The notes beneath the pieces were generated by a model that saw only the letters and a program-made list of their open reading frames with translations, did no database searches and had not been told where the DNA came from. Source: Massalongia carnosa (taxonomy: Eukaryota). From it: a DNA stretch of 64,000 nucleotides. Numbering within the stretch: position 1 is the first letter of the stretch; each line of letters opens with the position of its first letter. A program made the position numbers and the translations under genes. Below, piece by piece: positions 13,374 through 26,700 of the stretch. The stretch spans positions 868,001-932,000 of the forward strand of contig OZ287067.1 in NCBI GenBank assembly GCA_965645245.1, in the 5' to 3' direction.

Positions 13374-16300
13374 TTTGCGACAAGACCAAAGGTCGATCAT
13401 CGATTTCAGAACGTTCTCGTATCGCCTAGAATTGAATAGGGTTCCTGTTCGGGTTAGCGTGGCTTGAAATTATGTAAACAGAATCCTTAAGCGAGTACAT
13501 TCCACGTTCGCAGTTGTAGATCTGGGGTAGCTGAATCTGTTGGCGATGACACCGAGTACTGGTTATACTGGTTATACTGGTTATACTGTACTCTACGGTA
13601 CTGTACTGCACTGTACAGAACAGCATAGGTCGTGCCCTTTGAGCTCGGGGTTCGGTGTTTGACGTACGTCCTTCGGTCTTCACGCCTTTCAAGCCTTTCA
13701 GGGTCTTTAGGTTTCCTGCTTGCCACTGTCGTCGGTGGTGGTCTTAGTCAAGTTACCTCTGGTAGCGGCGAACGCCATCCCGCTGCTGCGGAGATTTCCA
13801 GACGAGTAGCAGTCCTGGACTGGAATGGTAGTGTAAACTCTCCCACAACCCCTCATTACCCGAAATGTGTAAAAAGAAAACTTTTGGTATTTCAACCAAA
13901 GGAGCATTATCTTAGGAGTGTACCGAGTACCGAATATCGAGTAACTTACAGAGTGCGCGTCCCGAGCATCTCAATTTTTGTTCGGTCGCTGCAAGTAATC
14001 GGCCCTTTCTCGGCTTCAATCATCCTCCATTTCAATGGCAAATAGTCCTAAGGATGAATGGGAGAGATATGGGTAGGTACAGAGAGAGGATGCTTTGCCA
14101 CTAGAAAGCTCCCAAACATAAAGGCTTGAGAGGATATGACGGCACAAATTGCGCAAATCCACCAGTCAACAAATTTTGTGTGTTTGTACAGAGAACAGAG
14201 AACCGAGTAGGTCAAGACCACCAAATCCTCAGGTTTGGCTCATGGCTATGCGCATGCATGCAGCGTACTAAGTAAATACATCGGGTTTTTCGAGTGACAC
14301 ACGTGTACTTCGGTAGTTATGGTGATTCTAGGGATCCGTAAGGATTGGGATAATATCAGAGTGTTGGCGTTCAGCCACTCAGTTGCTCGGCAGACAGCCG
14401 AGTTTCTCACAGGCTGTGAACATCAATCTAATCGACGATAAGGTGGTGGAAAACGTCATGCGTGTGTGCATTCTCCGCCGTGTCATTAAGTCAAACGAAT
14501 TATAATTGAAGCTTTTTATCAAGGTATTAGGAGTACCGAGGACTAAAGTAATCACTCCTGTATCCGTAACAATTACGGTTTCTCACACCAGAGAGTGCAA
14601 TCGTATCGCAATCAACCAATCAACCAATCAATCAATCAAACAACGGCGAGGCGATTACAGAGTATGACAAGACGTTTTTCTCTTATCATACTTTATTTTG
14701 GTGCTGCAAATAATCTTTAGCGCGGTACAATACAGAGGTATCTTGTACTTACCTTATCAGCGAAGCTTCTCGACAGTCGGTCGGGATTTGGCGGCTCGTT
14801 TGTGCATGACGCTAGAGTAGCGCTAGAGTGACACTAAAGCGTTACTAAAGCGACACTAGAGAGCTTACAGATTAGGTGGTTAAGCAGCAGACCGGTTGAG
14901 ACGGTCCTGCATCATATTGGCGCCGAAAGCAAGATATTTTAACGTTGATTCCCAAATCATCACTAGTCCGTCAGCCATTCCTGAAAGCCCCTCTAACCAA
15001 GGGTCATGAAGCGGTCTGTTTTGGGAGTTGTCGAGTACTCCGTAGTGACCTTGTAGTTATTTATTCGTTGGTCGAGTTCACGTAAGGATAGGTTCATGCA
15101 TAGCGCAAAGCATCGTGCCTGATGGTTTGCATAGTCTGCAGCGCAGACTATGCAATAACCATGGCTTGGAGCATTCCTGTTATTGGTCTCGCCACGACAC
15201 TCCGTAATACTTAGTGCGTAATACGATACTCCGTACAGAGTGCCTGATTACAGCGCGCTTCTTGTCGACTTTCTGGTCTGATATTTGGTTGGGGGCTAGT
15301 TACCGAAGTGCGCTGTAAGCGAACACTGGATGATCCTCGAAACGGCCAAAAGAGGCTTGGCGCAGTCGATGCTTGTCAATGACGCCAGGCTATTCCTGGT
15401 TCCTTTGTACTTGCCTCCACTCCTCCTGAGCATGTATGATTAAGGTCGGCAAGGTAGGCAAGGTCGGCAAGGTGGGCATGGTGGGCATGGTGGGCATGGT
15501 AGGCATGGTGGGCAAGGTGGGGGGGCCATGGGTACGGGTTAGTCGTACTTACTAGCCGTTGACCTTGGAAAAGAGAGATTTCCTCATTTCTGGACCCGCA
15601 TTCTGCTCGTACGGATAGTCGAGCCGCTTAGGAAAAGATCCCCCCCCCAAAGTACTCGAAAGAAAGAAAATTACAAATAAAACAAATAAAAAAAATTAAA
15701 AAAATGCTATCCTCCTCTCCGCTCTCGGTCACCCCCCAATCCCGAAACACTTACCAACATAATCCTCCTTGTCCCTCTCTCTCTCCTGTTTTTCTTTTCT
15801 TAACCATCCTTCTCCCCTCCCCCTTCCCCCCTCCCCCTCCCCCACCCCCCCACCCCCCATCAAATCATCCTTCTCCCTCTTGAGCATTCCGCTCAGCTCA
15901 TTGGAGTGTCTGTCGTCATAGCTAGTTCTGCTGCGCCTTTGCTCTGCCTGTGGTTGAGCATTGTTTGGTCCCTTTAGCGTGTTCATGTTTCGTTTGCCCT
16001 TGTATCTTGAATCCGGAAGACACGGAGGAGGTGTTTTGGAAGAAAAGTCGAGTGGCTTTGTCCTGCCCTCTCGCGAACAATCACGACCGATTCACACCGA
16101 CCATAGCAATAATAACCGTGCACACAATTCACACCTCCCGCAAACACTCTTGACATACCATCCCGCCGTCATCCACTGCTCCGGCAAGATCTCGAGTGAC
16201 GAACCCTTCATTGGGGGAACCTGTACTGGTAAGTCAGGGTTCATATCACATTCTTCGTTTCGTTATTCATCATATGCTTCACTCCCCGGACCGGCTAAGC

Positions 16301-16496
16301 GATCACCGTGCTTCTGCTAACCATCAGCCTTGTCCTACAGTGCCATCCCGTCATCCGAGTCTAGTAGTCCGGACCTCTTCAAGCAGCCTTGGATGTGTTC
16401 GACAACTTGACATCACTTCCCTTTCACGAACTCCTTCGGAAACCCCCTCTCCTCCCTATTCAACCTCCACACTCCAAGGAATTTACCACCAAACAG

Positions 16497-18941
16497 ATGC
16501 CGTACACTCCACCAACCTCGCAATCCCCGGCTACGTCACGTCCCGAAACCCCTTCTCTCAGCCGTTCTCATTCATACAGCAAGAGCCAGCAGCAATATGG
16601 AATGCCACATGGACACACCGCCAGACCTGATCTCCCTCGCTCCTCCTCGTCCTATCTCCACAAACACCGAAGAAGCCCCTCGGTCTCGAGCCTAACCTCG
16701 ACTGTCTCAGACCCCGCATCACCATGTGGCGACCTTGTCCATCCGGAACTACCCAAACACCAAATCGAGCAGGAGCAGCAGCTCGTGAAAGCTACCCATC
16801 GCCAGCCTTCGGCTGTTCGGCCCATCGTTACCAACGGTTTGGTGTTCTCTCCTCCGGAGTCATCACAAAACTCGAGCGATGATGAGCTTAACAGCCAGAG
16901 AGGAAGAGTCAGGGAGCTGAAGAATTTAGCGGAGCTGCAAGCGGCCATCAGGATAATCGAACAACATCGGGTGAGCTCCCCGGATCGGACGGGGGAAGAG
17001 ACAAAGAAGGCACGAATTACCCTTGGGCTCGATAGGCCTTTAACGCCGATCTCATTGAAGGATTTCTTTGCAAAGCCGGAGGCGTCCCCTTTGCCTTTGT
17101 CCGTTGAAGCTCGAAAAATTTCACACTCCCGATCCTGCACGGACTCCAGCCCCTTCTTGGACATGAGTCTTCCGAAACGGAAATCACCCCCAAGCAGCAA
17201 CTCGGCAATTGACATGGACGACGACGACGACGATTTGGGGACCCGACCCGTGATGGTGCGCAAAAAGTCGGGCGAGTTGGTCAGACCGGCGCTGAGACCG
17301 GCGTCAGCAAAGAGACGACCTTCCAGCATGCCGGGAACGCCAACTTACTCCAAGGCCGTCCATTTTGACTCGCGGCTTGAGCATGTTCGACATTTTTTGC
17401 AGGTAGATCGGCCCTTAGCTGTCAGCGCTGGGTCCTCCCCGGTGGATTCGAGTTTTGAAGATGAGCTCGAGTTTCCGTTTGGCAATGATGATACCAGATC
17501 GAAATCTCCACCGTTCGAATGGGAAATTCGCCTGACTAACTTTCCTGCCGATTCCATGGAGAGGCAGGCGATGCCAGTCCGAGTGGAGCGTGTATATTTA
17601 TCATCCGACAACAAGAATCTGATTGGCGCTGTAGCAGCTCGTAATATTGCATTTCACAAGTTTGTCGTAGCGCGCTTCACCCTCGATTATTGGAAAACCA
17701 CCTCGGAGGTTGTCGCGGATTACAGCCCTGATGTGCGTCGGCAGCTAACTAGCGACGGCTACGACCGCTTTCTTTTTAGCATCAAGCTTGAAGACCAGGC
17801 CAATTTGGAGAATAAAACCATGTTCTTCTGCGTTCGCTACAACGTCAATGGACAGGAGTTCTGGGACAACAACAAATCCATCAACTATCAAGTGGACTTC
17901 TCCAAGCAAGCCAAGCCCCAGAAAGGTAGGCAGGGCATGCAAGGGAACAGCGCTCGTTCATTGAACGCCCTGCCACGAAGCAAGCCAGCGCCGACGTTTT
18001 CTTCACGACCCCGCTGCATAACCGGATGTCCCGATGATTTTACGTCTGGCTCATCATCTTGTGAATTCTTCTCGTTCCCGCAACCCTCGACAGCGGTGGG
18101 AGACTCTCCAATACGCTTTACAAACGTCAAGGCCGCCAATGACAATGTATCGGGTGTGCCTAGCCGTCGTATCAGTCCTGCAGGGCAGGCATTCGGCAAT
18201 CGCTATGACTTTGGTGCTTCGCTGTCGGCCACAATTTCGGCTGCAGGGACGAACGCGGGTGATCGTGGTGGGTTCCACTCGATGGAAGACGCCAAAACTA
18301 TACCCACGAAGCAGACCTCGTTTGCGCCGAAGCCGATGTCGTTTGCGCCGAGGCCAACAATAGCCTCGGTTGCCAAAACCACCGGTCAACCAAATGGCGG
18401 AGCGAGTCCACGGGACGAAGCCGACAAGGCAGCCGGTGCGCCTGGTGCCACCAAGGCTGCTTTTCAAGAGTCTGGTAAACCTACAGCGTTGACGGCAGGA
18501 AAACCTTCGGTGCAATCATCTTCGTATCACGAGTTGCTCGACAAATATTGCTTCGTACGTTCCAGGGTCGACAAGGAAGCTAAGGAAAACATTTGCTAAT
18601 TACTGCTGCAGTTTGGTTCTGGGAAACCTTCAACTCACCACCTTAAATCAAGTCAAGTTGATGGAGTGTCTGACGAGGGGCCCAAAAAGGAGAAGGCCGC
18701 TGTTAAATCACCCGTGCCGTCCAATCCTGCGTCATCCCAGCCTACATCCCCACATGCTGAGGAGCGCAACTCTTCATCCACTATCACCAGTCCACGCATG
18801 TCTCGATCTGCATCACCTGCCACTGGATCTGGGCTTGGTTCGCGGACTACTTCTCCAGTTTCCTTTGGGTATCCGTATCGACAAACCATGCAGAATGGAC
18901 TTTTTGCCGAGACACATACGCCAACTGCCATACGTGGATAA
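16497..18941 (+). CDS. Glycogen-targeting protein phosphatase 1 regulatory subunit (Gac1-like, CBM21)
   Basis: Starts MPYTPP. Has an RVxF-type PP1 docking motif KAVHF and a CBM21 region (NIAFHKFVVARFTLDYW..EFWDNN). One 3' intron at about 18554-18610 joins to ORF 18666-18941. Confidence 0.9.
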
Positions 18942-20129
18942 TCAAATCTGATCCACGCTCGTCCGGCTCTTTGCGCTGAAGTTCCGAACGAACTTGACAT
19001 CCTTGCAGTGTAAGCCGCACATTCTTGGTGGACCTAGCCGTTGTATCGGCCGGGAATGGGAAGCCTCTACTTGTAGCAATCAAGCATTGGGTGCTTCATT
19101 CATGGAAAGACTACTCTCAAAGATTACCCTGCCTTAGGGTACAGCCTAACTCTCCGTTTCAAAAACAAAAAGCCAGCTAGATCACGATTACCTGAATACG
19201 GAAACGATGGAGAAGACGTTTTACCTGTACATGAGCGGATTTCCCTTCCGCGGCTTTTTCTATCAGTGTCCACGGAGTTCGTTAATAGACTACTTAAACG
19301 CCTCTTCTACTTTATTTTCTTTAACCCGAGACAGCCCTTTTGATTCTCTATTCCGTGTTATTGGGTTAGGGAGGAAAAACTGGAGTACATCGGTAGCGAA
19401 ATCCGGCCGGTTTCGCTGTACATGATTTTAAGCCAGCGACGGCGTTTTCCGGGGAGTTTTGGTGAGGCAAGCCAAGACTCGCGTCTCATGGCGAACCCAT
19501 TCTAGCAAGCTTTGGAGATCAAACGGAGCAATCAAGACGAGAAACTGGATTGCGAGGCGAAAACAGCGGGTGGCTTTGTCGGGCGGGAAGTTGTTGCTTG
19601 CGGAATCATGATATTTCGAGAGGGGTTTTCACTTCGAGGATTGGAAAAAACAGCCAGGGGAAAATCAAAGTGCTTGATCTTCCTTTCACAAAACTTCATC
19701 TAGATCGAAACGAGATTTTTATCGATTAAAACTTCATACTATTATTGTTCGCCTTTCTATCCTCTTAGCCCTTCCCCCCACACCAGGCAGACGGACAGAG
19801 AACCCTGACCTACCCTTTGCACAACATGAATGATGAACAATGACTTTTCCCTCGCTCTTTAAAATCATCATCACCATCATAACAACAACATGTCCAAAAC
19901 CCGAAGCCACTCCCTCTCCTCTTCTCATGTACTCCCATCTATTCGCTCAACTTTCACCTCCCCTGCACGTTATTTCCAGAACAAGAGGAAACCCACCCAT
20001 CTCGTCGTTTTGAGAACTCGGAAAAAGAAGAAGGATGATGATGAATAGATAGATAGACGCTAGGTAAATATATATATATTATATACACCCCGAACTTAGG
20101 ATTCGAAATTACCGTTCCGGGACGGGAAA

Positions 20130-20290
20130 GGGAGCAGGGCCGCTTTAGAGGGAGCAGCGAGGGAGCAGCGAGGGAGCAGGGGGGAGCAACGAGGGAGCAG
20201 GGGGGAGCACTGAGGGAGCACTGAGGGAGCAGCGAGGGAGCAAGAGGGAGCACTGTGGGGCAGTGCAGGGGCGCAGCAGGTGGGAGCCTG
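20130..20290 (+). repeat. Subterminal GGGAGCA array, distal end of Starship 1
   Basis: 11 exact GGGAGCA copies at 20130, 20150, 20161, 20172, 20182, 20193, 20203, 20214, 20225, 20236 and 20246, then degenerate copies; 10-11 bp spacing. Confidence 0.9.
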
Positions 20291-20806
20291 AATTGGCTGC
20301 CCTGTACCCGGCTATAGCTGCTCGCATTATTTATGACGTTCGTCAGCACTGCTGCCTGGCTCAGCCTCCTGCTGCCTAAGTTAATCAATGGGCGAAGAGG
20401 AAGGGAAGAAAATGTGGCGTTTTGATATGAGATGACGGAAACACGCAAGTTGAAGCCAAAAATTTGTCTAGCACTAAAACGAAAGCAAAGGATCTTCTTG
20501 AATGAACATCAGATGCGGAAGTCGGAAGCCATATGGAGTATTCTTCGTGATGCTATAAGAAGCGCTATAACATACGATGTGTTATTTTGGTATTACTGAC
20601 CATGCGTTGCACTCATCGGGATAGATAGGTTTCAGCTATGTAGAGAGTCTATCGTGAGACTACAGCTGTCTGGCCCAGGGACTTCGAACTTGCTCCCATT
20701 GCGATCACAAGATAAGCCTGAATCTCCAAAGTGCAATTTATACAATGACAGAGCAAGGTGAGAAGAGAGAATGTCGACGCAACGCAGCTAAGGTTTTATC
20801 GAGCGT

Positions 20807-21205
20807 CTAAATTTTGCCGGCAGCACCATTCAAAATTTCGGTGAATTCCTCATAAGACGCATCCTCGGGAATTATCAAAACGGCAGCCTCAGCATGAGAG
20901 CCGTGTGTCCTGATCCAGTCTTTGATAGACTTCCGTTCCGCCTCGCTTGCAGCTTGCCATTTGAAAACATTTGCTTTCCTGGTGGCGCCTTTGGTTGCAC
21001 CTGGTCTGGTGTCGGGTATGGTCTTGGTTGTGTCGCTGAGATCGAAATGGAATCCAACATTCTTGAGTTCCCTCTGCGAGGTGGGCCACGTGGGTTTACC
21101 AGGTTTAGCTGTCGGATGAGTAAATTTCTGGGCCACCTTTTCGATGTTCTGCGGCTTGGTCATGAAAGAGACTGCACTTTTCGCAGCTCCTCCTAAACCA
21201 GACAT
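20807..21205 (-). CDS. Small hypothetical protein (132 aa), distal cargo gene
   Basis: ATG-initiated ORF with protein-like composition; no motif recognised. Confidence 0.55.
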   Translation of the reverse strand: MSGLGGAAKSAVSFMTKPQNIEKVAQKFTHPTAKPGKPTWPTSQRELKNVGFHFDLSDTTKTIPDTRPGATKGATRKANVFKWQAASEAERKSIKDWIRTHGSHAEAAVLIIPEDASYEEFTEILNGAAGKI

Positions 21206-21561
21206 GGTTGCTATGATTCTAGGGACCTGAGACGTTACAGTCAGACTTTGTGAATAGAAGGAATGGTGGAGAGCTCACTTGTCTGTTGCTGGTATCTTTT
21301 GGGGTTTCTGGGTTGAAATTAAGGCTGGTCTTTAGCCTCTGCTTGGGCGGTTGATCAGATGCATGTAAAGTATAATGGGGTTTGAGGCTCGGCAGCAGCC
21401 TAGGCAACCATAATGGTGATGTGTGAGTCACAAAGGCTAAAGAGGCGCAGACTTGGCCGCATCTGAGTTTGAGATCAGTCCAAATTGGGGATAGTCATAA
21501 TTGAGGCCTTTTATCCGGCGTTTTGTCGGTGCGTCATCCACCTTCAAATCCCCAGTTGATC

Positions 21562-23436
21562 ATGTCGTTGATAAATTTCACCCTTTCACGCACCATCCAA
21601 CTGACGTATCTCCGCAGATTCACAGTCGTATCATTATCTCCTCATCTGCACCGAAGTTGTTCGAGGGAGGCTCGAAAATATGCGCACATGGGCCCACCAG
21701 AAGATCATGCTTCTCCCAGTGACATATACGAACCATTCTTTCGGCATACTTCTCGGAGATGGATGTAAGCAACTCATACAAAGAATTGGCCGCGACCCTT
21801 CTAATACGGTTGACAAGCTTCAATGAAAAACAGCGCATGGCCGAGCGCTATGTTCGCTTCAATGTACCCGAATTGATGCGTACCGCAGCGATGGCGGTAG
21901 GAAGAGACAGATGTGTCGATATAATGAAGGTCACTGAAGGTGGTTTTAATAAGATATTTCTTCTTACGATGGATGATGGATACGAGGTGATAGCGCGGAT
22001 CCCTACACCTATCGCTGGACCGGCTCACTATACGACCGCGAGCGAGGTTGCAACCATGGACTTTCTCCGTGCTCGACTGGACATACCAACACCAAGGGTA
22101 TTTGCGTGGGCTTCCCGGGTTGGTGGCGATAACCCTGTCGGTGCAGAGTACATCATAATGGAGAAGATGCAAGGAGAAAGTCTTGCTTCCCGCTGGTTGT
22201 CGCTTTCCACGAAGGAACTCGCCGAAGTCATCGAGAAAATTGTAGATATCGAGAGTCGGCTCTTTTCAGCTCGTTTTTCGGAATACGGAAGCTTATACTA
22301 CAAAGAGGACTTGGAAGAAGAGGTTCGCGAGAATAAACCAAACGAGCAAAATGGAGTGGACCTTTTCTCTGGCCAATTTGATATCGGGCCTATCGCAAAC
22401 AGATCATTCTGGGCAGAGGAGCGGGACCAGATGACGTTAGACCGCGGACCATGTTTGTTTCCCCGTATATGTCACGCAATACTCTACTGATCGAACCGTC
22501 ACAGGGATTCGCTCAGAGGATTATTTGACCTCTATTGGCAAACGAGAGGCGGCTTGGACTATTAAGCTTGGACAACCACGGCATAGACAATTCTTTTTCT
22601 CTTTCTCGGAGCAAAACATCGAACCAAAAGATCATATCTCCTTACTTTCACAATACGGTCTTGTGGCCCCATGTATTGAACCTAAACAAGAAGGCCTTGC
22701 CTCACCAACCCTCCGACATCCTGATCTCCACCAAAGTAACATCTTCTTACGTCCACAATCAACAGACATACTTGGTATTATTGACTGGCAAGGTGCTTCA
22801 ATACTTCCGTTCTTTCTTCAATCAGGATTTCCTGTTTTTTGTGACCACAACTCAGGGCGTCCACAGACGTTGGAGAAGCCGAAACTCAGCGATAATTTTG
22901 AGGAGATGAGTCCCGGAGAACAGCAAGAAGCTTTGATGGACTTGAAGCATAAACAAGCAAACCTTTATTACACAGCGGCTACGGGACTGAAGTGTAAACG
23001 TCACATGGAGGCGCTTCGGCTACCATACCTTGACATGCGGCAGTATCTGATCAAGCAAGCTGGCATGCCTTGGGATGGTGATTTAGTTAACCTTCGAGCA
23101 GCCCTGATCGGAGTCCACTCTAAATGGGACGATCTTGTTGGAGAACGTGCCTGTCCAATTTCGTTCACGGATGAGGAAGTGCGATTTGCAATGCAAGAGA
23201 GCAGAGAATGGAACGAAGCCGCCGAAGTGCTTACCACGATAAGGGATACGCTGGGTATCGATGGAGAGGGTGGCACGGATCCTGAGAATTACAATCGTGC
23301 TGCGGCTCTCAACAAGGAATGGAGGATACAAATGCTAAAAGAAGCAAAGGCGGAGGAGAAGGAGCGAAGTTGGCAGATATGGCCATTCAAGGACGATGGT
23401 GACGACTCTAAAGCGCCCACAGCTGTAAATAACTGA
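21562..23436 (+). CDS. APH/Aim9-like phosphotransferase (kinase-like fold), 2 introns
   Basis: FFRHTSRRW spliced to FNE..RYVRFNV; EGGFNKIF, ARIP, SEVATM, catalytic HPDLHQSNIF and IIDWQ. Introns at about 21765-21817 and 22453-22504. Confidence 0.85.
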
Positions 23437-23783
23437 CTATTCTATATGCCTGTACTTTCGAAATTGTATAAGGTCAACAACGACAGTTTAGCTGCATAGA
23501 AAAACCCCCCGTTGAACGTCCTGCCGTAAGCCGTGTAGATGTGAAGGCTTTTAAGAGTCTGCAGGCGGGAAGCTAAATACGACGAAGCAACTCGATGATC
23601 CGGGAATAGTCAAGATTATCCGGATTTATAAATACTCGTAGACGCCGACGGAATTCGTTCCACGATTGGCGACTACCCCACCATTGCGTTGCTTTTATCG
23701 GCCTTATAATAGCCTCACTTTAGTACAAGATAGCTCTGCCATAGTATGTTCCTCTAGTGACAAAGTTTTATCGACCCCAAGCC

Positions 23784-26700
23784 ATGCTCTTCCGAAACGA
23801 CATGGCAGAAATTGATGCGTTAGTACACCTATTTTGATACAGCAGGAAATGATCTGACCCTACTTGTGTGGCAGTAAGCCTTGCTTCGATTTCAGGCGTG
23901 GGAAATGCAGATACGGAAATAGATGCAAGTTCACTCACGAGTCCAAGCCCACTTCAAAAGCGCCTCATCGCGAACCATGCCCATACTTTGGGACATCGAA
24001 GGGTTGCTTTAAAGGGCAGCAGTGCAAATTCTCGCACGAAATCGTGGCAGGTAAAAATGGTGCCACAACACAACCACCGCAGTCTACCGCTAGGCCACGA
24101 CCGCAAAGCGAACTCGAAACCGGCTTCCGAGAATGGACGTTCCTGATACCGAGGCAGAATACCCGGTTCCAAGTTGTGGAGGTTGGGAAGTTCTTCACAG
24201 TGGGCTGGGACCTCACCAGCAAAGAGCATACAGAAATTGGGCAACAGATTATTAAGAAGCTAGCAACTGAGGAAGGGCTGGCCATGATCAAGGCCCTTGC
24301 AGATGAAAAGCTCGATGGCGTCAAGCTAGAAGCGAGCCTGCGTATCTTTAAGGACAGAACGCTTCCCTTTTTCCGAACCATCTCTCACCCGGACATTCTA
24401 TCGTCCTTGATATTGGAGACACCGCTCGACACCATTTACACGTTTATTTTTGGCCCAAACGGTCGTCGTGCTATCAACTTGTTCAAATCTACGACTTCCG
24501 CTCTTGGAGCCCTTGCGCGGGAGGAAACAGCCAAAGATGAAGACCTGACGTCGATTGCGGTAACAGCGAGCTTAGCGGTGCTAGAGAGAATCGTGGAGTT
24601 AAATCAAAGCGCCCAGGTCATTACGGAGCTCACGTCGATTGTGAACGACTTTTCAACCTCAATCCCAGAACAACTTCTGCAGGCCGGAAGTCGAAGCTTA
24701 GCTCGTGTTCGCCAACGACTTGGTCTTGGAGCTGCAATGCCTTTGTCAGGAGGCCGCCCTCTAGAGCAGAAGAGCCATCGACCGGTCTTCGAAGTAGGTC
24801 AAGACCTTCCTGGCGCGTTGTCGGAGCTAGGTCCACGACACGACAACGATCACGCAAATATCTTCGACATCAAGATCCTGCCGACTACCGAAGAAATTCA
24901 ATCCCCCCGATTGGAGTATCTACCTTCGAGCGATCCTACGAAGCACCATCTTCCTGGTCTGGCGGGCTTACTCGACCGACAATTCAGACTTTTGCGTGAA
25001 GATACAGTCGGTCAACTCCGCGATGCAGTGCAGATGGAATGTAAGCGGCTTAACAAACCCCCTAATGCCCAACCGCCATCAAAGCGACAGAACAATGGCG
25101 TTCGAAATATCATCTATCACAATGTCGCTCTGCTTCGACTTGAGTTCGATCGGAAGAAAGGGCTCCAGGTTGTGGCTGAGTTTGACCAACCTCCCGCACT
25201 GGCGAAGAAGGGAGCCAAGGAGCGAGAAGAGTGGTGGAGGAATACCAAACAGCTACAGATCGATGCTTTTGTATGCCTTGTCTCTTCCACAGGTCGTGCT
25301 ATCTTCTTCTCTATTTGCGATCCTACTCCGACGCCTCCGCCAAAGAAGAAAAATGGTGAGGAAGAACGTGAGGTTCGATCAGCCGGATTTTGGAGGGCCT
25401 TCGATGAGCGGCCGAATCTTTTCAAGCATGCAGACCGAGCCACGTTAATGCTAAGCCCGGTCGAGGATGATTCGGAAGATGTCACTTGGATCAACAATCA
25501 CCTCGGAAAGGCTCACAAGCTACGACGGTCGCTTGTCGAGTTCCCAGGAATTCTACTACCGTCCTTCCGACCGACGCTGCAAGCACTTCAAAAAATGAGC
25601 CGCACCCTTGATCTCCCTTTCGCTCAATTTGTCGCCCCCGATACACAACATGCAGGAGATGTCGACATACCTGCCCCTGCGTACTCTCGCACGCCTGGCT
25701 TTTCCTTCAATCTGGAGACCTTGGCTGGAGGAGAGCAGCTGAGACTTACACCCGGACAGCCTTTCGGCGATACCACACTCCATGAGAAATCTACACTCGA
25801 CGATATGCAGCAGCTGTCTACCATAAATGCATTAAGAAGCTGTCTTGCGCTAATTCAAGGCCCACCAGGTACCGGCAAGAGCTACACTGGTGTCGCTATC
25901 ATCAAGGCCTTACTAAAAAATCGCAATGCAGCTAAGCTCGGGCCAATTATCTGTGTATGCTACACCAATCACGCTCTCGACCAGCTTCTCGAGCATCTAG
26001 TTAAGGATGGCGTAGAGCAGCTCATCCGTTTAGGATCGAGATCGAAATCAGAAGTTCTCCAAGACTTGAACCTCTACCATATATCAAAGGAAATCAGGCC
26101 CACGAAGGTTGAAGGCCATGAGAAATATCAACTCTATGAAAAATTAGATATCGCTCTTGATGAAATTGAGAAGCTCATGCCAGGTCTTCGGGATCCAGCG
26201 CGCTGGAGCAATATCAAAGATTACCTCGCAGGGCACCACAACGGTCACTTCGAGCAACTTTTCGGACGGGGAGTTGACGAGCATGGATTCCGGGAGGTAC
26301 GCGGTAAGAAGTTCAATATTTTGCATAGTTGGATCCACGGAGCGCCCAAGCGCATTGCTTCAACTCGCCCAGTCCCGGAACTTCTCGGTGTCAAGTTACA
26401 GGAGATGTCTGGCTCCGAAAGATTGGCGTTGCACAGGTACTGGGTCCGACAAAACACCATGGAACTCACCCGCAGTTTCCTACACGTTCTCGACTCATAC
26501 CGCCATATCAATGATTCGCTCAAAAAATGCCACCAGGAGCTAGACCTGCGTTGCCTACTTCGCGCACACATTATTGGTGTTACAACCACAGGCCTGGCAC
26601 GAAATTTAGATATCCTCCGCCGAGTGCGAGCAAAAGTGGTGGTATTTGAAGAGGCGGGAGAGGTATTAGAGGCACATACCCTCACCGCACTCCTGCCTTC

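Noticed and set aside
15445..15520. GGTGGGCAT-type 9-bp repeats (also TACTGGTTA at about 13557-13588)
   Set aside because: Ordinary short tandem repeats with no further structure.
19954..20448. Pro/Leu/Ser-rich ORFs, also at 60256-60649
   Set aside because: They are translations of the GGGAGCA subterminal arrays and run across element junctions.
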